Source of the DNA: Sphyrna mokarran
Taxonomy: Eukaryota
Direction: 5' to 3'
DNA: 64,000 nt
NCBI GenBank assembly: GCA_024679065.1
Contig: JAGIQG010000012.1
Span: forward strand, 47,492,001-47,556,000
Part shown: one piece after another, positions 1 through 11,789 of the stretch
Position numbering within the stretch: the stretch's first letter is position 1
Layout: each line of letters opens with the position of its first letter
The notes under the pieces: generated by a model
Told to the model about the DNA's origin: nothing
Databases searched by the model: none
What the model saw: only the letters and a program-made list of their open reading frames with translations
Translations under genes and position numbers: made by a program

Positions 1-107
1 AAGTAGCTGCTGTATACATAATTTTTCAAAAATATATGAAAAACATTGACATAAGTACTGAAATGATCTGAATCAAATGAAGCACTGCTTCCTCCATACC
101 ATGTCAT

Positions 108-400
108 GGGCAACATAGTGGCACAATGGTTAGCTTTGCTTTCTCATAGTGCCAGAAACCCAGGTTCAATTTTTGGCTCAAGTCTGTGTGAAATTTGCAT
201 GTTCTGTGTAGGTTTCCTCCGGATGCCTAAGTTTCCTCCCACAGTCCAAAAGGCATGTCGGCTAGGTGCACTGACTATGCTAAATTCTCCATCAATGCAC
301 CTGAATAAGCACTGGAATATGGTAACTGGGGTATTTTCACAGTAACTTCATTGCAGTATTACTGTAAGCCTACTTATGACACTAATAAATAAACTTAAAC
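108..400 (+). mobile_element. tRNA-derived V-SINE (HE1-like), alternative-tail subfamily
   Basis: tRNA-like head (gtggcacaatggttagc...ccaggttcaat), V-domain core (ggtttcctccggatgc...tttcctcccacagtccaaa), tail gtaagcctacttatgacactaataaataaac. TCAT flanks both ends. Confidence 0.85.
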
Positions 401-431
401 TCATATTCTGATCTGATGCTGAAGTCATTGT

Positions 432-500
432 CATAGAGGTTTACAGCATGGAAACAGACCATTTGGCCCAACTTGTCCATGCCACCTTTTTTTTAACCTC
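432..500 (-). mobile_element. Short CR1-type 3' end fragment
   Basis: catagaggtttacagcatggaaacagaccatttggcccaac is the reverse complement of a typical CR1/HE1 3' terminus. Confidence 0.55.
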
Positions 501-2208
501 TAAGCTAATAAAGAATTTCAAAGTGTCCAGGTTGTGTAAAGGCCAGACTAATTTCTATATATTCCAGATTGTTGCATCAATTTTTCAATTGGATTTACAC
601 CAGTGATTAGTAAAATGAGGATGCAGAAAAAATTTACCCAGGGAATTCTTGTGTAATTACTTCTCCACAGTGAAAATCCTTTTCATTGATGTAACAATAG
701 TGCAACTTAAATCCAAGGAACCTAATTTACAGATAGCACGAGTCATTGATCTCTAGTGAATACAAATTATGGAATGTGTTCTGATGCTTTGATATCACTG
801 CATGTTACATCATGCACATCCACAATCGGCCTTCATTCACTTTTCATCATTTTTTAAATAACTAGAAATAATTGTTTAGTAATAATTGGGAGCAAAGCTA
901 CTCTAAGGCATTTTCTTTCATGTGTAATTCAATAGACCTGCTGCCAGTTTAGCAACTCTCCACTTTGCTGTAACTTAACAGTTTCTCTCCATAGTTGCTG
1001 GCGCTTAAATCGATATATGGAAGATTGGTGCTGAAATGTACAATTAAAGTTTTTTATTATTATTTTTGACTTGGTTTTTGATCATCTCATCAGTGAATGC
1101 AGTTTTTTTGTATATCTGGAACATGCCAATAATTTGTGTTATGTGTGCAGATTGTGGGTGGAGATTTCAAATCAAAGAAATGTTATGATGCAGAAAGAGG
1201 CCATTTGGCATATTGTGTATATACTAGCAAAAAAGAGAATAAAGAAACTATTATTTATTTTAATCCAATTTTCCAGTACCTGGCCCACAATCTTGTATTG
1301 TACAGCATTTCTGGTCCCCCTACTGTCAATAGGGATTCCTGTTGAAAGCCAAGAAACCAAAAGATCCAGCCAGCATAAATGACCAGAAACTTCCAGCCAT
1401 TGTCTCAGACTTTCTCCTCTCTCCTTCATGTGAATTTAAAGTTCAATAATATATATGCTGTATAATAGGCATATCTTCATTATGAGTTCACTAATTACTC
1501 CCATCTAATTGCACAATGCCTGCTCTCATTCAGCCTGCTGTTTGGCTCCAAAACATACTGTTCCACGAAATTATCCCAAAAGTATCCGCATTTTGGCTAT
1601 CTTTGTGCATCTGATTTTTACAGTCAATATGTAAATTAACATTTTCCATTGTTATCAACCTATCTTTCTGACAAACTCCATTTATTCCTTAATTTATGTC
1701 CCACCCAACCATAAAATTACTACTAGAGCACTGTACATAACTTCCAAAAGTCTCTTTTTGTCTTTACTATTTATCATCTCTATCTAAGCAATTTCCATAT
1801 TCTGGTTTCCTGAATTTAACTTTTCCTTCTGTATTGTGCTATTACGATCACTACGTAACAAAGCCACGCTCCACCTTTTCCTGTCCTTCCTAAATATTGT
1901 GTACTCTTCATATTCAGTCCCAGTTCATGTCCTGCAACAGTCATATCTCATTAATGACTAAAATTATAACTTATTTTCACGTATGCTTTACTGCAGACAT
2001 GTTTACCCTGGGTCAAACAGGCATTAAGGAATCCCACATGCTGCAGTTGTGACTCATCACCTGTCCTTAAGATGTTCTAGTTAAATTTTAATGATTTTGT
2101 TCAATCATATGTTTCATTTTTGCTTTTAAGTATTGTACTATCACTAGTTTCTAGACTATTTTGGACCTGAGGAATAGTCTAAGCCACAGTCATTTACCTA
2201 GAGTCTTA

Positions 2209-2476
2209 TAGTGGTTAGCATTGCTGCCTCACAGTGCAAGAAACCTAGGTTGGATTCTTGGCTTGGATCATTGTCTGTGTGGAGTTTGCACATTCTTCCC
2301 ATGTCTGCATAGGTTTCCTCCAGGTTTCTTCCCACAGTTCGAAAGATGTGCATTGGCTATACTAAATTCTCTCTCAGTGTACCTGGATAGGCACTGGAGT
2401 GTAGCGATTGGGGATTTTCACAATAACTTTATTGAAGTGTTATTGTAAGCCTACTTTGACACTAATAAATAAGATT
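2209..2476 (+). mobile_element. V-SINE (HE1-like), alternative-tail subfamily, 5'-truncated
   Basis: gtggttagcattgctgcctcacagtgc...gtctgtgtggagtttgcacattct...tttcacaataactttattg...gtaagcctactttgacactaataaat; collinear with 108-400. Confidence 0.85.
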
Positions 2477-4287
2477 CAGAAGATATTTGCCAAATAACTC
2501 ACAAAGTATGAACACTTCCTGAAGGCTGAGAAAGTTAGAAAACAAAAAGCAAATGAGCACCTCATTCCCTTCTTTCTTGTATTGCTGAAATTATTCAATG
2601 TCCAACACTCTATGACAAGAAGTGTGACTTGGAATAAACTTCATCTTCAACCCCTCTTTCATTCTGTTGCATTGAATTGCCACTTTGAACCAAATCCCCA
2701 AATAGACTCACTCAGTTGCTGTCTCAATTCTCAATTTGAACCTGATTCTCAAGTATACTCAGTTGGACTCTGGCCAGAGTTTTCCTTCATTAATTGTGTG
2801 CCCTTACTGAAATATCATGAAACATCACTTCAGCCCTTACTACTGGTTAACTCTTCAAAATACATAGACCTCATCCATGTCAACCCATGCTACCTCAGGC
2901 CCTTTGCCCACTCTTCATGGCCCTTTGCACTCTCTATGCCACTTCATACCCTGTGCCCATCCCGTGACTTTTTGAAGCCTTAATATTAAATTATCTCCCA
3001 ACCAACGTGCCAACTCATTCAACTTCCACCTTGGGCTGAATTCATATGACACGCCACTGACAATAATCACTGAGAGTAATAAAGAGTAACTTCTTATGAC
3101 CATGATATTATATTTATTATCATCCTCTGCAGCTTCTTCATTATAGGCAAACTGACCATCACTTCTATTAATGGGATCATGTGGTTTTGTGCAATTTGTG
3201 CATAGCAAATGCTTCACCAGTAATGTTTCATCTTTGCTCCTCTTCAAGATCAACTTTCAAGTCACCAAGTATCTATCTGTGACTGTCTCTCCTTCTCTAT
3301 ATATGCTACCCCTCTGTAACATCATTTGTAAGCATGTTATCTGCTTCTATGTTTATTCTAATGATGCATATCTCTAGTTCTCTCCCAGCTTCATCAGCAA
3401 CAATAACATTGTGTAGTGCCATTAACATAGTAAAATGTGTCAAAACACATGACAGAAGCATTTTTGAACAGGATTTTTCACAATTATATAAGCAAATGAT
3501 ACCACCATATGTGACATGATATCCTGTTTTTTAAATCACTCTTGTAAAGCACTCTGAGATGTTTTAAAGGCACTACATAAAATTACCCCATGCTCCAAAA
3601 CTGCACAAATATGGGGCACTTTCACTTGCTGGGGCAATCTTGAATCCACTCCCACTATCCACAGAATTGTCGACTCAACATTTGGAAGTTACAAATCTTG
3701 CTGATGAGATTGTAATTTTGTATCTTCCCTACCCCACATCAGTAACATCATCAGGTTCGTATCCATAATAGGTTTGGCCCTGATTTACATAGTTTTCAAT
3801 AAATGTTAATATTAACATGCCCTTTGCCAGATATTGAATCCCCCCACTATATTTTCCAACCACACTGATGTGATATCACATAGGTGCAGTTTAAGACAGA
3901 TTCACCCAGATGTTAATCTGTCGTAGGGATCCTCCAGCTGTGTAAAACTGACTATAGTTCCCAGGGGAGAGGGAACCACAGTGACTTGATAATGTTCCCG
4001 GACTTCCCTAGGCACAGGTTAGCACTGCTAGGTTGGCAACATGCCTCTGCTACCTAGAAATGCCATCCTGACAGTGCCAGCCTGTTCAAAGTGGCAGACC
4101 CAAGTGGGAGCCTCATGAGGGAGGGGAGAACTCATTTAAATGTAATGGAGGGTCAGAATGGACAGAGGAGCTGGGGAATCTCAGTGATGGTCATTTGGGC
4201 CCATGGCAGTGGCATGGAGAAATGAGTGCCGGTCCTAACTATGAGAGGACAGGGAGAAGAGAGAAGAGGCTGATGATAAGAGGGTAA

Positions 4288-4581
4288 GCACATAGTGGTC
4301 AGTGCTGCTACTTCACAGCAGCAGGACTTGGTTTCGATTCCCGAATTGGGTCACTGTCTGTGTGGAATCTTCTCCCTGTGTCTATGTGGGGTTCTTTCAG
4401 ATGTGCCAATTTCCTCCCACAATCTGAAAAACTTGCTGGCTAAAGTGCGACGGCCACGCTAAATTCTCCCTCAGTGCACCCAAGCAGGTGCCAGAGTGTG
4501 GTGACTAAAGGATTTTCACTGTAATTTCATTGCATTGCTAATATAAACCTACTTGTGACACTAATAAAAAATAAACTTAAA
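4288..4581 (+). mobile_element. V-SINE (HE1-like), alternative-tail subfamily
   Basis: Same head, core and cctacttgtgacactaataaaa tail as 108-400. Sits inside an older GC-rich element (about 3630-4770). Confidence 0.85.
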
Positions 4582-5322
4582 GGAGCTGATGATTGGCTGC
4601 TTCCACTCCCCAGTGATCAGAGGGGTGGCAGTGACTCTCCAATCTGTGTAGTTAAGCTTTACTGGTGTGTTGAGGCCCCGCCTATTTTCTCTGGATAGAA
4701 ACATGCCAGTTTTCCTGCCAAAAACATTACTGTTTTTTGCCCAACATCAAAAAAAAGGAGACAATCATAAAAACACTGTCATGGGTATTTCATTGAAATT
4801 GCAATTAAAGTATCTGCTTCAGACAGAAGATAAGCATTTGCCTGTATTTTGTAATGTTTCATCCACAAACTGAAGTCATAAGAGGCCTCTTTTACATTTG
4901 GGAATATAAAAATAAATGAGTGGCCCACTCTGAATAAATTCGGTAAAATAATCATCAGCATGTGTTATAGACACATACGTCCTTTTGCGAACTATTCAAG
5001 AGGAGAAGAAAGCACATTAAAAATGCTTACAGTCATTGCTCAATTACAAAAGATTTGGAAGGTACCACAAGGTGAAATTGATTTTTATTGTTCATTAAAT
5101 GGTCAGCATTCACCCAGGATCCAGAGACTGACACTACTGTGTAATTTTAACTTCTATTGTAACAAGTTTTGGCAGTTGTGAGATCAATTAGCCCAGTAAT
5201 TAGTGTGTTGCCAAGCACGACCTTTACAATTTTGATCCCGATTGACATCTTCGGCTTGTTGCCGTGCTGTAAAGCATTAAAGTGCCATTTGGCTCAAGCA
5301 AGTACTCAGTTCATTATATTAT

Positions 5323-6423
5323 GGGCCTATTTCACCATTGCCCGTTTTTGGGCGTGAAAACATGGTAAATTTGGGTGTGAGGCCATTAGTGTGATCTGCG
5401 CCCGCATCTGCACAGATGGCCACTTTATACCGAAACCTGGGAATGATGGCGGTCCGATTCGCGCCCACAGTGGGCGCAACGGCAATTTACATGCATTTGC
5501 ATGCATTTCAGTTGAATTAATGAACTGCCTGCCCAACTTTATCAGCATTTCCCCCTTTACCACCGATCCAGAATTGCATCAAAATGAATCTACTGAATGA
5601 AAGTTTGAACTGGGGGCTCCAGCTGCTGAAGAGGCAAGTTCAGAACTTACAATACCTCTCTGACTCAGATCAGTGGCGGGGGAGGGAGGACGGCCAGATC
5701 GTTCTCTGGGGGGAGGGGAGTGAAGCTAGATCGTTGCTGGCTGAGGGGGCAGAAGCGGGAGATGGGTCAGATGTAGTTCTGTTAGTTGGGGAGGAAGGCG
5801 ATCGTTGTCTGGTGGTGGGGGGGATGGCGGGGACAGCCGATTGTTGAATTGTGGGGACCAATTGTTGTCTGATGGTGGGGGTGGGGAGGGAGGGAGGAGG
5901 CAGTGGGCCAGGTAGTCCTCCGGGGTAGTTGGCGGTGGTGGTGGTGGTGAGGCGTGGGGAGACTAAGGCCAGATCATTCTTTGGTGTGTGGAGGAAAGTC
6001 CGATTGCTCACTAGAGGGGGGAGTAATTGGACCACTGGTAGGGGGGAGGGAAGGGAGCAGAGGGGTCGGCTGCCACTCTGCAGATGGTTGGTATGGGGGA
6101 AGGGGCCAGGGGGTCGCAATCGGTCTGGGTAGCAGGGGAGTGATGGATATGGGGGTTAGTAATGTCTGTAGGGGCCATTGTTCCGCTTTGAGCTCTGGGG
6201 CCACTTTATCCAATTTCTGCGGCCTGGGAGTGTGCTTTTTCAAATGTTTTTTTTCCCAATTGCGCATGTGCAGTTCAGAGCTCCAATTGTTTCGGGTGCA
6301 CAAAGCCCCATCCACAGCACAAATTTCAGGCTCAGTGCATGTGGGAACGCCTGAAAGCAGGTAAGTCGGATCTGAATTGCGCCCAGATTCAGCACTTAGG
6401 ACCTGATTTTACCATTTTCATTC
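5323..6423. mobile_element. Non-autonomous TIR DNA transposon (PIF/Harbinger-like)
   Basis: Left TIR gggcctatttcaccat. Left arm is homologous to the reverse complement of 59550-59756. G-rich interior with recurring gatcgtt subrepeats. Right TIR is present but flipped (6397-6425). TAT flanks both ends. Confidence 0.75.
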
Positions 6424-6958
6424 TATGTCTCTCATTAAATCAATCCATGTTTTCTAATGTTAAACAGGAACACATTAAAAATATATATATTTTAAGATGC
6501 TAGTTTGTGTGAAGATGTACTTTAATTTGAGACTGATGTTTTAAAGGTTTATTTTGTCATATTTCCTGCATAAAAATCTTTTATACACAAATGGTGTTTT
6601 TTAAAAAATAAATCTTTTAAGTATAATGACTGATGAGTGGAACCTTTATTTCATTTACAGTTCATTGCTTTTTCATTTGTAGTCAGTGATAGTTATCAAT
6701 TAATTTAACAGAATGCAAAGTTGGCTTTATTGTGTAATAAAATATTACACAAAAAACAAGTGAAAAGCAAAATGCAGGAACAAGATATTCTATTGTTCCT
6801 ATTTGCTGACAGGAATGCTTTAGTAAACGTGAGAAGCTGATGAATGATCAAACACTTGTGTTTATGAATTACATAATGTTAGAATTATAAATTGCATTAA
6901 GTTATGGATTAATGCTGAAAATGGTTTCTTCACATTGATGCCAACGTAAGTACATAAT

Positions 6959-6977
6959 TGCTGCCATCTGCTGGACA
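6959..6977 (-). promoter_or_regulatory. Candidate CTCF site
   Basis: Minus strand reads TGTCCAGCAGATGGCAGCA, fitting the CTCF core CCASYAGRKGGCR. Lies in non-repetitive intron about 320 bp upstream of the first exon in the window. Confidence 0.45.
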
Positions 6978-7299
6978 GTGTAATAGTTTGCATGAAAAAA
7001 TTTGTATGCACTGAATTGTGTTGTGATAACTGAAAAACATTGGCCTTCTGCACTATTTTGAGGAATAAATATTACCCATAATGTATAATCTGAAAACTGA
7101 CAAGTCTTTTATGTGAAAATTGTTGAATGTTTTCAGATGTAAATGAAAACAAATAGATTTGGAATTGATGGATGCAGGTATAGGTATTCAGTACAGAATT
7201 TAAACAGTATGTGGTAGTCAACTCTTTCAATGATATGTCATTAAACCCTGTACTTTTTTAAACAACAAGATTTTTTTTAATATTTCCTTCTTATTTTAG

Positions 7300-7681
7300 A
7301 TCAAATGACAGGGGATCACACTCGTCTTGAGTTCCACAATATTGAAACCGGCATTGTGACAGAGAGACGATACATATCAAATGTCCCTTCAAATTTCATC
7401 GGCCATTTACAGAGCCTAATGTTCAATGGCATGCCTTACATTGATCTGTGCAAAACTGGTGATATTGACTACTGCGAGCTCAATGCTAGATTTGGTTTCA
7501 AAATTATTATTGCTGATCCTGTGACCTTCAAGACAAAATCCAGCTACGTTGCACTGTCCACGTTGCAAGCCTACACGTCCATGCACTTGTTCTTCCAATT
7601 CAAGACCACATCAGCTGATGGCCTGATACTCTTCAACAGTGGGGATGGCAATGACTTCATTGTGATTGAACTTGTTAAAGG
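7300..7681 (+). CDS. NRXN1: Neurexin-1-alpha internal exon (382 nt): LNS4 C-terminus and start of LNS5
   Basis: Acceptor tttccttcttattttAG ends at 7299; donor GG|GTATGG at 7682. Reads [128 protein letters not shown], close to recalled vertebrate NRXN1. Phase 1 start, phase 2 end. Confidence 0.96.
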
Positions 7682-8439
7682 GTATGGTTGCACTCATTGG
7701 ATTTGAGATAAATGTCTGGAGTTGAGTTCTCACATTTGTTATGTTTGTAATTTTGGAGACTGAATGTTATAATTCTATTCATTTATATCCAGTTGAAGAT
7801 TCAGGACAGTTTATGGCTGTGGCCAGAATTGTCCCTATTTATAGTGTATGGGGAAAAATATTGACCTATGCATAGATTATTTTATAGTTATGTAATTAAG
7901 AATTATATTGTTATGTAATTGATTTTATAATGAGCAGTTGTTACTAGAGGTGAAGTGGGTTGTGCCCACCAGTAAGCAAGAGCCCCATGTTGCCCCTTTT
8001 TTTAGGAAAGCCTGACAAATTAAGTGTCAACCAAGTAAAAATCAGTTGGTCTTCCTCAAGATTAAGGAACCAGTGGCAGATATTCCAATTCTCAAGAGCT
8101 GTTGATCAATCAGAGGTTGGCATTCCATGGGTATTGTTGGAATGAAGGCCATATAGTTGGGGATCACTGAGAAAGGGAAGGGGTTTGGCAGTCAAGGCAG
8201 GGGTCATTCTTACCAATGCCTGATGTCTCAATCAGACACTTTGAACAAGGGGCCTCCAAGACCTGTTTATCCCCTGCCCCACCCTCTTTCCCTCTACTGG
8301 CTGCAATAGGGGTTCCCACTGGTGAGTCCCCAACCCGCTGCTGGTTGATAACAGTGGTTCCTTAAGTGGGCATTAATTTCATACTTAAGAGCTTCAGTTG
8401 GCAGCAGGGTGGAAAGGCTATCCATGAGTGATGAAATAC

Positions 8440-8722
8440 CAGTACAGTGGTTAGCATTGCTGCCTCACAGCACCAGGGACCCAGGTTCAATTTCAGTTTT
8501 AGACAACTGTGTAGAGTTTGTGCATTAGCCTTGTGTCTGTGTGAGTTTCCTCAAGGTTCTCTGGTCTCCTTCAATTGTGCAGGTTAGGTGGATTAGATGT
8601 GGTAAATGTGTAGATTACAGAGATAGGTCAAAGGGGAGAGTTTGAGTCTGATGCTCTTTCGGAAAATTAGTCAATGGGCCGGATTACTTATTTCTGCGTT
8701 GTAGGAATTTTATGATTCTATT
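8440..8722 (+). mobile_element. HE1-like V-SINE with CR1-derived tail
   Basis: cagtggttagcattgctgcctcacagcaccagggacccaggttcaa...gtgcaggttaggtggatt...atgggccg...gtaggaattttatgattctat. Confidence 0.85.
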
Positions 8723-8905
8723 GTCTATATAGTCTTACAGTCCCAAACTTACTTACTGGGCAGGCAATTGAGTCCGTACACAGTTTCTTCCTGCCAAATT
8801 AAAGGGCCCCCATTTTCTGACCAAACTTACCTTGGGAGGGGGCATTTAATTCCATCCAATTTTTGTTGCAATCCTGAACTGACTTCCTTATTTTTGTTTC
8901 CACAG

Positions 8906-9096
8906 ATACTTACACTACGTATTCGATTTAGGTACTGGTCCTTCCCTCATTAAAGGCAACTCTGACAAACCACTGAATGACAATAAATGGCATAATGTGC
9001 TGATTTCAAGGGACACAAACAACTTGCACACTGTGAAGATCAACTCCAAGCTCATAACTCAAAATACAGTCGGAGCCAGAAATCTAGATCTGAAAG
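8906..9096 (+). CDS. NRXN1: Neurexin-1-alpha internal exon (191 nt), LNS5
   Basis: Not in the ORF track. Acceptor tttttgtttccacAG ends at 8905; donor G|GTAAAC at 9097. Reads (G)[63 protein letters not shown](G). Phases match both neighbouring exons. Confidence 0.96.
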
Positions 9097-10264
9097 GTAA
9101 ACTCATGAATAAATAAAGCATAATTTCTTCTGCTTTTTGAAAAGGCTTTTTGAAACATTTTAGAATTCAGAATTATCTTCCAAACTTCGTTTCCTGCATT
9201 GAGTCTGAGAACTTCTAGGATTTCTTCAGACTCAATGTCTCATAGGATTTTTACTACAGTTACAATTCAAATTCAGTTTGAATGCCCAAGGCGCAAATTG
9301 GCACTAAACCTGAAGTGGAGTGTTACGCAAGTATAGATATGAGCTAGCTTTTGCTCTGTTGTCAGACATTCCTGGATTATCCTTGACGATGAAATATGAG
9401 AAAGACACTTTGCTCAGATTCTGTAGTCCATTGTTATTTTCGTTAATCCTTTCTCAATATTAGCATTTCATATAACCTACCTGAAGGGTGTGGGGTGGGG
9501 GTGGGGGGTTGTTGTTGAGCACGTAACTTGAAAAGATGCCTGCCCTTTGAATGAATTAAAAATTCAGACCCCATTTCAGGTTGATGATTTTTCAAAGGTG
9601 ATCTTTGATGCAATCAATTATAGGCTGATCACAGTTAACAACATACCTCCTCACCCCACAATATCCAGAGCATCCATATTTTATCATTAAACAAGATGCA
9701 GGCCTCCTTAGGATTCTGTGTTGTCAGGGAGCCATGCTGGTTAATAAAACTTGCTTCAAGACAGGAAATTTGAATTGATTCTGGATATTAAGCGAGATGC
9801 AATATTGCCCCCAGTGGTGAGATAATGAAATTGTAGCATGATTAATTGCCACTTATGAGTTCATTCAGCCACTCCTCAGATTTTAACTGCAAGGCTGAAG
9901 GTGGAAATCACTTGGCAGACTTGTGTCACCTGACGTAAGTGGAGTTTGCCTTTCATTTGGGCTGGAGGTCCTTTTCCCCCAGATATGTTTCACTCCCCAT
10001 CCTGTCTTTCAGAAGCAAGTCCTAACAGCCTGTCCATGGCAAAATCCCATATGTACCTCCATGCTGAGTCCCATGCGTCCTTTTCACTGGGGTTTGCTGC
10101 AGTTCCAGCTGTGGTCACCATTCCCTGGGTTAAAGCTGGGATAAAATAACTTCCCATCATTTGATTGGCCACCAGCTGTTGGAAGTAGCCTGACAGCCAG
10201 CTATTAAATCACTTTAGGTCAACCTGTCCAAGTGGAGGTGTGCTCACTTCTGAGCTGTATGTAG

Positions 10265-10840
10265 TGCAAAAGCAAAGATGTTATGTTAATAGTTTGCATT
10301 GATTGGAGTATTGTATCCAGTTCTGGCACCACACTTTTGGGACAATATGTAGACATTAGACAGAGTACAGAAAAGATTCACCAGAAATAGTTTCCAATGA
10401 GAAGGAACTGCAATCATACAGATAGACAGGAGAAGTTGCCATTATTTTCTTTGGAGAAGAGAATGTTGAGAGGAGATTTACTGGAAGCATTCAAAATCAT
10501 AAGAGGCTTGGACATACTAGAAATGGAGAAATCATTTCCATTAATGGAAAGATTGAGAACCAGAGGGCATAGCATTAAAGTAATTTGCAAAAAAAGCAAT
10601 GTGACATGAGGAAAAGCTTTTTACACATAGCAAGTGGTTAGGATCTGCAGATAGGACCTGAGTGTGTCTTGGAGACTGGAACAATCATGGCACTTGAATT
10701 ATTATCCAAAAAGAAAGAATTTTCAGGGCTGTGAGGAAAGGCATAGGAGTGACATTAGGTGAATTGCTCCTTCAAAGGGCTATCACAAAAAAACATGCTG
10801 AATAGCCTTCTATACTGTAACCAATTTTTAATTCTATGAT
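10265..10840 (+). mobile_element. CR1 LINE 3' fragment
   Basis: Decayed ORF2 C-terminus (ORF 10397: EKLPLFSLEKRMLRGDLLEAFKIIRGLD...RTRGHSIK), followed by a 3' UTR ending attctatgat. Confidence 0.88.
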
Positions 10841-11789
10841 TTAGAAATGGTTATTTTGTAGTATAAAAATGTATGAAATGATGTAAAATTGACATGTAAC
10901 TGATACTTAATTTTCCGCTTATGAAAAATATCTTGTTGATCATCTGCCGCTATTACTTGAAATGATTATTTAATTCACAGCATAAAAAATGGGGGCAGTT
11001 GTTGCGTATGGGAACAGAATAGCTTTCAAGTAGCATTATGTATACTATGCACTGTACAAAGTCGTAAAGCATTTCAGTAAAAACACTGGAAGGGCTGAGG
11101 TAAATCAAAGATTTGAATCGAGTTGGTTAGTGGATTCAGTAACATTAATAACTCTTAAATGAATAAAGCTGCATTCTACTCAGAAACATAAACTTATAGA
11201 AAGGAGAATAATAACATGTAAAAACATTGGGTTGCAGAATGCAATACAAAGTTCACACAGTAATAAAGATATATGCTTACACCATGTAAGTGCACTGACA
11301 CACACACACCTTTTGCAAAATTAGATAATACTGTATGTGTCCTGAGCTTGCTTCTGTGTGACATTCACTGTGTAAAAGAGCTGAGTGTTGCATTATTTTC
11401 AGATGCCTTTTAAGAAATTTCGAATGATACTATCATGCTGAGCATAGGAACTAAAGACCGTCATACATTCTAGTTTATTGCATTGGGGATGTCAGTATAA
11501 AAGCTATTATGCAAAGATAGTGTCCGTGCTGAAAATAAATAATGCCCTTCTGGGAGCATCAGCAATTCTTCCGTAAAGATAATTTGAAATATGGTAATAA
11601 TTTCTATACTTGATCTGAGTGCTGAGAGTACCTCCACCCAATAGTGCAAATTGAACACCTGAACAATTCCGAAAATTACTCAAAGCAACACAGTGGTCGT
11701 TTGGATTTATGGTTCATATATTTAAATACAGGTATCTCCCTTTTAAAGCTCATTATTGACATGCTTCTCAATTCAATGGATCTGTGCCT

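Noticed and set aside
108-180. tRNA genes at SINE heads (also 2209, 4288, 8440, 35150, 61350)
   Set aside because: A/B-box-like heads continue directly into SINE bodies and do not form complete cloverleaves.
5584-6364. Overlapping 87-149 aa Pro/Gly-rich ORFs
   Set aside because: They are by-products of the stop-poor G-rich interior of a non-autonomous transposon; no domain is recognisable.
6812-6945. Possible cryptic exon (tgctgacAG ... caac|GTAAGT)
   Set aside because: It contains stop codons, has no neurexin similarity and has no other support.
1-7299. Upstream LNS4 exon and SS3 microexon
   Set aside because: No KGPETLFAG, NDNEWH or DCIRINCNS-coding sequence was seen on reading.
7682-7706. 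ORF-track extensions past exon ends (also 16059-16174, 33815-33890, 34011-34087)
   Set aside because: They are intronic read-through; neurexin similarity stops exactly at the canonical splice sites.
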